In this document: in pieces, positions 26,179 to 38,200 of the stretch
How positions within the stretch are numbered: the stretch's first letter is position 1
Layout: each line of letters opens with the position of its first letter
Origin: Malacoraja senta
Taxonomy: Eukaryota
Direction: 5' to 3'
NCBI GenBank assembly: GCA_038087875.1
Contig: CM075988.1
Coordinates: 5,952,001-6,016,000, forward strand
DNA: 64,000 nt
Translations under genes and position numbers: made by a program
The notes under the pieces: model-generated
What the model was told of the DNA's origin: nothing
Database searches by the model: none
What the model saw: only the letters and a program-made list of their open reading frames with translations

Positions 26179-27743
26179 CCGTGCTATATCTCTACAGTCA
26201 GACAGCATCTGCAGAGTGAAATGCAGTTAATGTTTCAAGAAGCTGACATTTCATTCATACAATGGTGAGAGTGGAGGGTGAGGTTGAGGATGCGGGCACT
26301 TGTTTTCGACTGTGGCGGGCACCTGTCTTGGCTTGTGGCTAGTGACTGAAGATGCAGGAAAAATGTTCCCAATGTTGGGCGAGTCCAGAACCAGGGGCCG
26401 CAATCTTAGAATAAAGGGGAGGCCATTTAAGACTTTATCTTCAGTTTAAAACAGCATCTGCAGTTCCTTCATAGGCTTCCAGCATTTATCCAATTCCTTC
26501 TGGAAAACCCAAACATTCTACATCCAACTGTTCTATGTTTAATGTTACACCCAACGAGCCATTGGAATTCCAGACCAGATCTACTCACTTCATATAAACT
26601 ATTTTACCTCAAGTTTTTTTGTTGCTATTCCCCTTAAACCTGTATTCTGTGGATCTTTCCCTTCTGCCATCACAAGAAGTTGCTCCATGGTAATGTTTAC
26701 AAATTTGATGAAGTTGAACACCTATGGTTAGTTTAGAGAAAGTGTGTGGATACAGACCGTTCGGCCGACTGAGTCCACGCCGACCGTCGATCACCCATTC
26801 ACTAGCTCTATGTTACCCCACTTTTGCATCCTATACACTATGGACAATTTACGGAAGCCAATTAACCTACAAACCTGCATGTATTTGGAGTGTGGGGAGG
26901 AAACCAGAGCACCCAGGGAAATCCGACCCAGTCACAGGAGAATGTACAGACCACACAGCCAGCACCCGAGGTCAGGATCGAACCTGGGTCTGTGGTGTTG
27001 TGAGGCAGGAAATCTATCGCTGCGCCACCCAACGCTTCTGTTCCTCACGGGGTGGCGCCACCAGCAGTGGCTGCCTCGCCAACAGTCTGTCTGTCCTTTC
27101 TTCTTTTTGTTATTTTTAGTATGTGTTTTAGTGTTCCTTGGTTTGTTTTATGTGGGTGGTGGGGTTGGGGGAAACTTGTTTTCAATCTCTTACCTCGATG
27201 GAGATGCGATTTTCCGTATCGTATCGCCGGCCGCTCTGCGGCCTAACATCATGGAGTTGCCGGCTTTTCCTGGAGATCGCTCCGACTGCCGATGGTTCGA
27301 CTGCCCCGACCGTGGGAGAAGAAAGAGGAACTTTATTGCCTTCCATCACAGTGAGGAATGGTGGATGTTTAGGTTAACTTTTAAGGGGTTGTCCCACTGC
27401 GGCGACCTAATATGCGAGTTTAGAAGAGTTTGCCCTTGACTCAAATTCACAGCATGGTCGACACTTGGCCCTAGGAGGTCCTATGAGGTCACTGGAACTC
27501 TCCTTCATGCTCGAGGGACGTTCCCGAATACTCGCAGCCTCAGCTAGTTTGCAGAATAAAATTTGGTCGCCATGGTTCTTTTTGACTCGTAGTGCAGTGG
27601 AGTGGGGTCGCTAGTTAGTTACAGGCAGTCGAGGGCAGCCCTAGGCAATTTCCTTCGCTGACCGGGCATTTTGATTGGCTCATTGAAGTTTTCAGGACCA
27701 GGGAAAACCGACCGGTAGGTAAAATGCCCGCTAAACTTTATTA

Positions 27744-29055
27744 TCTATATAAATAAAACTCTGATCTTTACCACTTCCTGTTTGCACTGCATATATATTT
27801 TAGAAAGAATGCTACCACTTACGGCTGTGATTTTTGACCATCTTACTCAGAGTCCCCCTCCGCTGCTCAGGACAAGAGGATTTTTCCCATCGATGAAAAA
27901 TAAAAGACTTATTAATGTTTAAAAATTGTTGAGATTCTCTCTCCTGTCAATCACGCCATGAAGGGCATGGCCCTTCTGGTGGGAGGGACTATAAAACCCG
28001 GAATTGTGGACTTGCCTCAGTTCTCTGCAAGATGGGGGAGGGAGAGGTCACAGCTCTCTGTCTGAGCTGTGAATAATACTGAACACATGTCTACTAAACT
28101 GTGAGTGATTTTACTGACCTGTCAGTGCCCTTAATGTGGTTTGAAAAGGTAGATTGAAATGCAAAAGCGTTTTTTGGTTTGAAAATGCAAAAACTGTTTT
28201 TGGTTTGAAAATGCAAAAGTGTTTTTTTGGTTTGAAAATGCAAAAGTGTTTTTTGGTTTGAAAATGCAAACGTGTTTTTTGGTTTGAAAATGCAAAAGTG
28301 TGTTTGGTTTGAAAATGCAGAATCTGTTTTTGGTTTGAAAATGCAAAAAGCTGTTTTTGGTTTGAAAATGCAAAAGCTGTTTTTGGTTTGAAAATGCAAA
28401 AGCTGTTTTTGGTTTGAAAATGCAAAAGCGGTTTTGGTTTGAAAATGCAAAAGCGTTTTTGGTTTGAAAATGCAAAAAGCGGTTTTTGGTTTGAAAATGC
28501 AAAAGCGGTTTTTGGTTTGAAAATGCAAAAGCGGTTTTTGGTTTGAAAATGCAAAAGCGTTTTTTGCCTTATAGAAAAGCGTTTTTTGCCTTATTGAAAA
28601 GCGGGTGTTGCCTTATTGAAAAGCGGGTGTTGCCTTATTGAAAACTGCACGAGTTTGGTGGCCTCGCACCTTGCCTGAAGTGGCATGAAACTGCACTTGA
28701 GTTTGGTGGCCTCGCACCCTGCCTGAAGTGGCATGAAAACTGCACTTGAGTTTGGTGGCCTCGCACCCTGCCTGAAGTGGCATTTCAAGGAATAGCCGTG
28801 AGTCAACTGCCAGCCCACCATCCGCGAGTGAGTGAGCTGCCAGCACATCAGGCTTGAGTGACTGAGCCGCCAGCCCAAGATTCCATTCGGCCCACAATGT
28901 CCATACTAGCCCTCTGGAAACCAGTCCCTTCAGCTCCAGAAAGCCCCCCCCCCCACTGGCCACCAATATTGGAATTGGTGGAGAGGTGGAATATTGCGTT
29001 GGGGGACCAGCCCTCCCATGTGAAGCTGGGACCCAACAGGTCCCACTTAGTCTAG
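27744..29055 (+). mobile_element. Non-autonomous Helitron
   Basis: 5' TC, 3' CTAG, inserted between A and T with no TSD, subterminal hairpin tgggacc-caaca-ggtccca (29027-29045). Confidence 0.85.
28138..28790. repeat. Tandem arrays inside the Helitron: ~23-24-bp unit ggtttgaaaatgcaaaagc(g)ttttt, then ~20-bp and ~48-bp units
   Basis: Directly visible. Confidence 0.93.
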
Positions 29056-29241
29056 TACTTCTTAAAAGTGTCTCCACTCCTTCTCCCCCCCTTCTCTCCC
29101 CTCCCTCCCCCTTCTCTCCCCCTCTCTCCCCCTCTCTCCCCCTCTCTCCCCTTCTCTCGCCCTCTCTCCCCTTCTCTCCCCCCTCTTCCTCTTCATCGCG
29201 CAGACAGTGCTCCCCTGCTTCCCCTGGCCCCCGCCTTTGCG

Positions 29242-29242
<1 letters not shown>

Positions 29243-29334
<92 letters not shown>

Positions 29335-29360
29335 CGTGCGTGTGTGTGTGTGTGTGTGTG
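29243..29360. repeat. (TG)n microsatellite preceded by a CT-rich tract
   Basis: Directly visible. Confidence 0.95.
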
Positions 29361-30711
29361 CGGTTGATCCAGCTCGTGGTTTTTCAACGCGGACGGTCGA
29401 TCCAGCTCGAGGTTTTCCAGGCGAGTGCACTCGAGCTTGAAGGTCGAAGGCACTCTTCTTAACTCACAGATTAGGTTGCCGCAGTGGGACAGCCCCTTTA
29501 TGTGTGTATTGTTGCTTTTCACTTAATATGGCTGTATGGTAACTCAAATTTCACTGTACCTTAATTGGTACACGTGACAATAAACTGACCTTGAAACCTT
29601 GAACCTTGAACTCTTCTGTTCCTCCCAGAACATTCCCCGTATAAAAAAATCATAAAATTGTCGCAGTACAGAGCAAGGCCATTCAGTCCATCCAGTCTGC
29701 TGGCTTCTCGTGGGATGATCCTGTTGATTCCATTGTTCCGGTCGTTCTCCATAGACTCAAGTGTAAAGCCTGGAGTTCCCCCAACCCTGCGACAGTGAAT
29801 TCCAGACCATCGCCTCCCTCTGTGCAGAGGTTTCCTCACGCCATTCTTGTGTCTTTTATCCACAATATTAAACCAGTGCCCAGGCTGCCTGAGGTATCTG
29901 TCAATGGGAACTGCTTCCCGATATCTATTCTCACAAAGCCATGAATCAATATATAACTCTGCAGTCAAACTTCCTTACTCTTAGGGGAGCAATCTCGGCC
30001 TCTTGTATATAACTTGATAGTTGAAACTATACATAGCACAGTAGTGCAGTGGTAGAGTTACTGCCTTACAGCACCAGAGACCTGGTTCAATCCTGACTAA
30101 GGGCGCTGTCTGTACGGAGTTTGTACATTCTCCCTGTGACTGTGCGGGTTTTCTCCAGGTGCTCCAGCTTCCTCCCACACTCCAAAGGTATACAGGTTTG
30201 TAGGTTAATTGACTTCTGCAAAAATTGTAGATTGTTCATGTTGTGTTGGATACTGCTAGTGCATGAGGATCACTGGTCAGCGCGGACTCAGTGAGCTGAG
30301 AAACTGTACCCCAGTGGGTTTTAGACACGTTCAACATAATTTCCCCGTTTTCTTTGCCTCTGTTATGAATCCCAGGGTCCTATATGCTTCCAAGACGTTT
30401 TGCTCGCTTCAAGGATATGCGCAGATTATCGTCCAAAACTTTTTGTTCCTTCACAGTCGTTCAGTCGACAATGTCACCGCGTACCTCCTGCTGCCACAGT
30501 GTATCACCTCACACCTCACCGGATCCATTATATTCTGCCAGGCTAACTATGTCCTCTTGCTTTCTGTTGCCACATTTACAAACTTTGTGTCGTCCAGAGG
30601 TTTGGACATGTCATCAATTCCCCAACAGTGGGGGGTAAAAAGAAATCCAAAGACCAAAGCAGAAACATGTGGTAAAAAGCAACTGACTATTTCTATACTT
30701 TCCCCCCCCAG

Positions 30712-30751
30712 GTAATGTGTCACGGAGTCCGAGTCAGCCAATGTTATTGGG
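30712..30751 (+). CDS. Candidate 40-nt micro-exon of the ITPRID/TESPA1-like gene
   Basis: Polypyrimidine tract plus CAG acceptor, GTAAGT donor, open in phase 1 to 2 (NVSRSPSQPMLL); no recognisable homology. Confidence 0.4.
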
Positions 30752-31633
30752 GTAAGTCGAGGTTGAACTCACTCTGTTGCTTGCAAGCAAGATATATTGC
30801 AGAGCTGCTGCCTCACAACACCAGAGACGCAGGTTTCGATCCTGACCTCGGGTGCTGTCCATGTGGTGTTTTAGAATACAGATGAATAGAGAACAGCAAG
30901 AGTAGGCCATTTAGCCCTTTGTGTCCTTTAGATTTTGACCCAACCTGTCCATGCAAACCAAGATGCCCCATCTACACTGGACCCATTTGTCCCCTCCTAT
31001 GTTTAATACAGTTATAATGAATCATTCACCTTTTATTTTCTCTCTCCACCAGAAAGTTTGACTTCATTGAAGAGCTGAGAAATTTAAAGAAAAAGTCAGT
31101 CATGGTTACTTAAACAACGAGAAACTAATTCATATTTTAAATCTCTTGTTTATATCCATTAACTAAATGAGGATGGCACAGTGGTGCAGCTGATAGAGCT
31201 GCTGCCTCACAGCGCCAGGGACCGGAGTTTCCTCCAGGGGCTACATTGTCTTTCCCAAGAAGCTTGGGTTTGTAGGTTAATTGGCCCTCTGTAAATTGGC
31301 CCTAGTGTGCAGGATAGAACTAGTGTATGGGTGATTACTGCTTGGCGTGGACTTGGAGGGCCGAAGAACCTGTTTCCATGCTGTATCTCTAAACCTAAAG
31401 CAAAAAAAACAAATTATAGATTCTCAGAAATCAGTCTCTTGACATTTAGCCTAAATATCTCCCTTGAGAACATGACGTTGAATTTCCAGTGAATAGTTCC
31501 TTGGGGTTATTGGGACTGATGGTGAATGCTTCACAGAAAGAACAGGTTACGAAGATTCACTCTGCTTGCTGGAAGTGAAGTATATATATTTGTGTGATAT
31601 ACTTACAATATTATTATTATATTTGTTCTCTAG

Positions 31634-31842
31634 TATCTCTCAGATACTGGAATTATACAGGGAGGATCCTGAGGATATTCTGTACAACCTTGGCTTTGGA
31701 ATGGAAGAGCCGAATATTACAGCAAAAAATTCCGTCTCGCTTTTTCAGCTACACCTCCCACGCAAATGGAATTAACTTCCGGGTCTTCTTGGAAGCTCAG
31801 GTGAAGAGACTGGGGGAGGAAAATCCAGTTACACGCTGGCAA
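31634..31842 (+). CDS. KRAP IP3R-binding-domain exon (ITPRID2/TESPA1 family) with a +1 and a -1 indel
   Basis: Corrected reading [69 protein letters not shown] matches the family domain; tctctAG acceptor, GTGAGT donor. Confidence 0.9.
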
Positions 31843-32019
31843 GTGAGTTACAAATTAATGTCCAGATTAGAAGTGCACCAAGGCTTACCTTTCCGTGACT
31901 CTAATGGAAATAGTTCTCCTATAGAAATTGGTACCTCCAACCCCAATTATTGGCATCCACGTGAAGCACCCTTGGACACTTATGGACGCCAACACAGAAT
32001 TTATAGCATTTCCATTTTT

Positions 32020-32350
32020 ATACGGAGGCTTGAAAGAGCACACGACCAGACTCAGGAACTGCTTCTTCCCCTCTGTTATTAGGCTTCTGAACGGTCCTTC
32101 CATAAGCTAGGGTACTGTCCGATTCACCTCTACCCCATTGCGGACATTGGACTTTGTCTCTGGAACCGATGCGTTACAATGTTGAAGATTGTGTTCTGCA
32201 TTCTGTATCTTCCCCTTTGCTCTACCGATTGTACTTGGGTTTGACTTGACTGTATTGATGTATGGTTTTATGTGATCTGTTTGGTCAGCATGCAAACTAA
32301 ACCTTTTCACTGTGTCTCAGTACATGTGACAACAATAAACCTAAACCTAA
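32020..32350 (+). mobile_element. Rex1/Babar-like LINE 3' end
   Basis: TTRLRNCFFPSVIRLLN C-terminus; tail cttttcactgt...catgtgacaacaataaa(cctaaa)n. Confidence 0.8.
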
Positions 32351-32436
32351 TGTTGAACATGCTCCGCCAGTGTGAGCTGCCAGTGAGTGAGACATGGGCT
32401 TCCTATTGACCCTGCATGTTTGTCCTTGTTTTCCAG

Positions 32437-33155
32437 GTCGTTTCCGGCAAATTGAGGTCCTGACGACCATGGCGAATGCCCTGACTTCCCTCTACTCCCG
32501 TGTCTCCAAAACGCCAGTGACGAAGATCGGGCCTGCCCACCAGTTCTCCTTCAGTCCTGAGAAAACCAAGAAATGGCAGGAAGGGAAGCACCCGGGAGGA
32601 AAAGCCGTTCAGAAACTGCGGAAAACAATTACCAAGTTGTGCTTGTACGGAGCACCCAAGGAGTTGGGAAATCTGAAGCAAAGGAAAGAATCGTCAAGCA
32701 AAGCGAGCTCAGGGCTGGACCAGTCTCAAGGTTGCTCTGCAAAGGCAGACTGTGTGAAAACCGAGCCTCGAGGCTCAGGAGAAGGTTGCGAACAGGCCTC
32801 CAATTCTAGAGACGGACAAAACTCTGAGAGTCCACACCTGAAGGGGGAAGTAGATCGGCAATCTAGCGGGGCCGTGACCAAGGAGACGTCGGATGCAGAC
32901 ACCAGGAAGTCCAAACTTGACGCCCACAACACAACGGCAACGGCACACCAGTGTCCGGGAATGGAGTTTCCCAATGAACACTCGGAGTGCTCCAAACCCA
33001 TGCCGTCACTGTCGGAGCAAGAGGTTGTTTCCAACTCTGGTGGCTCCCAGGACCTGCACATCAATACACAGGAGTCAACACATCTCATTATTTCCCCAGA
33101 GCTACCAGAGCAGCTCAAAACATCGCCTGAAAGTCCAGAATATGTTGCAAACTGA
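32437..33155 (+). CDS. Large exon of the ITPRID2/TESPA1-like gene; 3' end uncertain
   Basis: ttttccAG acceptor in phase 1; RFRQIEVLTTMANALTSLYSRVSKTPVTKIGPAH and KLRKTITKLCLY; frame open to TGA at 33155. Confidence 0.88.
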
Positions 33156-33794
33156 GGTTTGTGGGGCGACATGATAGCGGTCGGAAGGATGAGTTTTAGT
33201 CCTTTGACCAGTCAGATTGGTTTCTCGGGGATACATCTGATGAGAATGTAATACGTCACGCCAAATTCAACAGGGAGTAGATACCCTGCTGCATCCCACT
33301 CCTCATCATCCTGGATATGCAAACTTGACTTTCAACGCAAATCACAATGTGTTCATAAAACGAAGACAAAAGCAAAAGGGGCCATTTAAAACAAAGAACC
33401 ACAGCCAGCATTTTGCCTGCTAGTGAACTGTAGTAAGAGTGGTGATGTGAGGGTTTGCTGTTCTCTATAACATGATGATTTATAAAACCATAGAATAGCA
33501 GTGGTGCATCTAGTAGAGCTGCTGCCTCACAATGCCGGAGTCCCGGGTTCGATCCTGACCTTGGGTGCTGTCTGTGTGGAGTTATCATGTTCTGCCAATG
33601 ACCATGTGGGTTTCTTACGGGTGCTCTGGTTTCCGCCCACATCCCAACGATACGCGGGTTTGTGGGTTAATTGGCCTCTGTAAATTGTCCCAGTGTGTAG
33701 GGAGTGGATGTGAAAGTGGAATAATGTAGAACTAGTGTGAACAGGTGCTCGATGGTCAGCATGGATTCGGTGGGTCGAAGGGCCAGTTTCCATT

Positions 33795-34075
33795 TTCTTC
33801 TTTTTTTTTTCCTTCTTCTTCTTCTTCTTCTTCTTCTTCTTCTTCTTCTCCTCCTCCTCCTCCTCCTCCTCCTCCTTCTCCTTCTTCTCCTCCTTCTTCT
33901 TCTCCTTCTTCTCCTTCTCCTTCTCCTCCTCCTCCTCCTCCTTCTCCTTCTCCTTCTCCTCCCCCTTCTCCTCCCCCTTCTCCTCCTCCTTCTCCTCCTC
34001 CTTCTCCTTCTCCTTCTCCTTCTCCTTCTCCTCCTCCTCCTCCTTCTTCTCCTCCTTCTTCTTCCCTTTGCTCCT
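33795..34075. repeat. (CTT/CCT)n polypyrimidine microsatellite
   Basis: Directly visible. Confidence 0.95.
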
Positions 34076-37000
34076 CTAGGGAGCATAGGCCATTGACAAA
34101 TGTCCTCCACCTCACCCGGTTGTTGGCAGTTCCTTTGAGATCGCCCCAGTTGAGCCCACTCTCCACATTTCTCCACCTCTTCTCCAGCTGTTCCATGCTG
34201 TACCTTACAATATATCAAGAGCAAATCTCAACTAGATTTTTAAGAGAAAAATCCAGGTATTTCTCCCAACCCTGCTCTTCGCCTATATCCTTGTGATTTT
34301 TTTATTATTTCATTGACTCATTTCTGAAACTTCCCATTGAATCCATATCAAAACCATATCACCGCATCCCAAATCCTAACACACTTTGCAAATGTTTATT
34401 TTTTAATTTCTCATATCACTTCTGGCTCTTCCCATCAACACCTTACCAGAAGAGAAAAGTGTGGTTTCTACTGCACTTGCTCCAGTCATCTCCGCTTCCA
34501 AAGTCTCCAAGAGTTTTGTAATGGATAGCAGCAATTACGAAGCCGCCGCCTCACAGCTCCAGTGATCCAGCTTTAATCCTGATCTCCGCTGCTACCTGTG
34601 TGGAGTTTGCACGTTCCCCCTGTCATCTGGATTTCCTCTGGGTGCTCCGGCTTTCTCCCGCATCCCATAAATTATGAATTGGCAACATAATTGGGAATCG
34701 AAATCGCCCCAAGTGTGTAGTTGTATGAACGTAGGGAGAATAAAATGGGAATTGTGTAAATGGTTGCTTCATTATCGTCGTGGAGTCAGTGATTCTAAGG
34801 CTTGTTACTAAGCTGTGACTATGACTTCATAATTACATCAATAGTTGTAAAGTGCATTAAACTACACATTTTTAATGGTACAGATTTAAAACCAATTTCT
34901 GATTTTTTTTGCACTAAGTAGAGCTTAAAACCAGAGATCCAATATGCGTTGCTAAGTGATCTGTTAGCCTACCCTTCCAAACAAACATGTCCTGTCTCTT
35001 GCATCATTCAACCAACAGTATCTCTCCTCATCCTTCCTTGCAACATAAATCACCTCAAATCCTTAACCGTTGACTTCTGCCTGCCACTTCTTTGGCTTTT
35101 CACAGGCAAGTTAACATTCTCACGGGGTCCGATCGGCCGGAAGCGGGGGAGATGAGATTTCCCCCCCGATGCAGGAGCTTGATCGCTCCGACGCGAAGGC
35201 CCAAACGCCACCGGACATGGGAGCTAAGATCGTCAACGGAAGGCTCAAGGCCCCCGACCATGGAAGAACAAAAAAGGGATGAGATCACAGTGAGGAATGT
35301 GGAGGAGTCACTGTGGTGGATGTTTATGTTAAAATGTATTTTGTGTGTTCTGTTGCTTTTTATTGGTATGACTGTATGGCAAATCAAATTCCTTGTATGT
35401 TGCAAAACATACTTTGCTAATAAAGTATTATTATGATTATGATTATGATTATGAGACCATTTAGTAGATTGCCTACTGTTAGCACTTTCTCGTTGAGCGA
35501 TTTATGCTGTGATTAGTTTAGTTTAGTTTGCTGTCAGGTGTACCGAGGTACAGTGAAAAGCTTTTTTATTGAGTGCTATCCAGTTATTGTAAAGATTATA
35601 CATGGTTACAATCAAGCTGCCCACAGTGTACAGATACAGGATGAAGGGAATAACATTTAGTGCAAGATTAAATCCAGAAAAGTCTGATTAAAAAGAGTCT
35701 GAGGGTCTCCAATGAGGTAGATGGTATGTCAGGACTGCTCTCTAGTTGGTGATGTTGGTTGCCTGTACAGAATTTGTACGTTCTCCCTGTGACCTGCATG
35801 GATTTTTTCCAAGATATTTAGTTTCCTCCCACACTCCGAAGATGTAAAGGTTTGTAGGTTAATTGGCTTGGTATAAATGTAAATTGTCCCTGGTGTGTGT
35901 AGGATAGTGTTAATGTGCGGGGATTGCTGGTTGGTGCGGACTCGGTGGGCCGAAGGGCCCGTTTCCACACAGTATCTCTGAACTAAACTATGCTGCTCAT
36001 AATTCCATCAAAGAGTTAAAGGAATTCAATAATGATGCAAAAACCACAGCACTGATGCTCCCAGAGCCCCCTTGAAAAGTATAACGTCTTTGTTAACTGA
36101 TGAAGAGTCACTGGCTCATGACTGCTCGAATAAAGGTGGATTCAGGAAAACACAAACACCTTAATCCTCTATGATAAGAGTGTGTGGAAGTAGTCAACAT
36201 CCAAAACCCATCCCACCTGTCCCATCATGGACTACTTGTCTTACTTGTGGCAGAGTCTGCAGATACCAAAGAGGACTCTTCAGCCATCTCAATCCCCACA
36301 GGTCTGGATGAGAAGGAAGTTATCTTTAATGCTAAGGGACCGCCTAAGATATCAGTCATGCAGCTGGTGGAGCTGTTGCCTCAATGAGATATGATCTGGG
36401 TTCAGAAGAATAAGTAGAATCAGCTTGAGTAGAGAAGAAATAGCAAAACAAATGAATCATTGGTTGAAAAATCTTTAGGTTCACCAATATGGCAGCCGTG
36501 TGGTGCAGCGGTAGAGTTACTGCCTTACAGCGCTTACAGTGCCAGAGACCCGGTTCGATCCCGGCTACAGGTGCTGTCTACACGGAGTGTGTACGTGCTC
36601 CCCGTGACCGCGTGTGTTTTCTTCGAGATCTTCAGTTTCCTACCACACTAAATATCTATGATATAAATGTGAATTGTCCCCAGTGTGTGTAGGATAGTGT
36701 TAATGTACGGGAATCGCTGGTCGGTGCGGACTCGGTGGGCCGAAGGGCCTGTTTCCGCACTGTATCTCTAAACTAAACTAAACAAACATTGTAATAAGTC
36801 AGAATTAAAGGTCTTTATTTAAGCACATGATGTCAGGTTGACCGAGGTCGATGGATGGAGGTTAAAGCAATGATGGTAGGCATTGGTTTAATTAACGGTA
36901 CCCATTAGTAATCATGAGGATGTATTCACTGCTCATTCCTGGCACAATCTGTCATGGATCAAGAGTTGTCATGACGGGACCAAGCTATTTTAGGTCCAGA

Positions 37001-37334
37001 CTCTTGTAATGAGGCAGGGCTAATTAATGATCGCAGAGGTAAGATTCCTTTGGGAAGAGTAATTGACAAAGGCTAGAATGTCACATTTAGCTTGAAATTG
37101 AGAAACTTGCATCCAAAGTTATGGTCTCAAACGTAAGGGCAATTACATAGGTTGGAAGAGAGAATTAGCTGACATGATTTTGCAAATTAGATTAAAACAA
37201 ATGATTCTAGATTTACAACGAAGATGCCATTGAATCTGTCAGAAAAGGGATGTATACATGTCTAACTGAAGTTGTTCCAGATGATATTAGTTTTAAGGAA
37301 AAAGCTTATGATGCCAAAATGCTATTGGTAAAAG

Positions 37335-38200
37335 GTATATTATTATCACATGTACCGAGATACAGTGAATAACTTTGTTTTGCGTACAATACGGGCAGAT
37401 TATATCATCCTTGTTTACATTAAGTAGAATAAAAGAGAAATCAAACAGAGGTAAAAATGTAATGTTCCAGATACAGAGAAAATGCAGATAAGAAAATGCG
37501 AAGGCCACAACTAGGTAGATTGGAAGATTTGGAAATTCATTGTTTGCGTGAGAGGTCCGTTCAAGAGTCTGATAACAGCAGTTCTTGAATCATGCTTTCA
37601 AGCTTTGTACCTTTTGCCTGATGGGAGGAGAAGAGGGAATAACTGAGCTGTGTGAATGGTCCTTAAGTATGTTGGCTGCCGTCCCAAGGCAGCGTGAAGT
37701 ATAGATGGAGTTGATCATGAGTGAGGGTGTTTTGCGTGATGGACTGAGCTGCATTCACAACTCTCTGCAATTTCTCGTGGTCTTGGGTGGAATAATTGCC
37801 CAAACAAGCTGCGATGCATTCGATAGGAGTTTCGTTGATGCATGTGGAAATTGGTAAGTCAATGGGGACATGACAAATTTCCTTAACTTTCCAGGAAGTC
37901 GAGACATGGATGTGCTTTCTTGGTTATAGTTGGCTGTAGCATCAATGTAGTTGGACAGACTGTGGTGATATTTACACCTAGAAATCTGATGCTCTTGACT
38001 ATCTCCAGTTCAGCACCATTAATACAAATTGAAGTATGTACTCCATCCCATTTCCTGAAGTCATTCACCAGCTTCTTTACTTTTGTGACATTGAGGGAAA
38101 GGCTGATGTCTTGACTCAGTGCTACAAGCACTGTATGCCCTTTGCGTACTCTGTCTCATCGTTGTTTGGCATCTGGCCCACTGCGGTGCTAAACCTGACG
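37335..38200 (-). mobile_element. Degraded Rex1/Babar-like LINE fragment
   Basis: LNVTKVKKLVNDFRK...INGAELEIVKSIRFLGVNIT...KKAH; tail ctcggtacatgtgataataa. Confidence 0.8.

Larger units (their letters stand above)
27384..29497. mobile_element. PIF/Harbinger-like element with TTA target-site duplication
   Basis: TIR aggggttgtcccactgcggcgacctaa / ttaggttgccgcagtgggacagcccct; TTA at 27381-27383 and 29498-29500. Confidence 0.85.
27040..29610 (+). mobile_element. GC-rich non-autonomous retroelement hosting a nested MITE and Helitron
   Basis: Same head and tail as the 9773-10485 copy; its sequence is continuous across the 27384-29497 insertion. Confidence 0.7.

Noticed and set aside
28094..28554. 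CRISPR-like or peptide-repeat ORFs
   Set aside because: Head-to-tail tandem units with no unique spacers and no cas genes; eukaryotic Helitron interior.
31053..31094. Possible 42-nt phase-2 exon (KFDFIEELRNLKK)
   Set aside because: Good acceptor but weak donor and no similarity to the expected family sequence.
33667..34296. Poly-R/L/P/E ORFs
   Set aside because: Translations of a CTT/CCT microsatellite.
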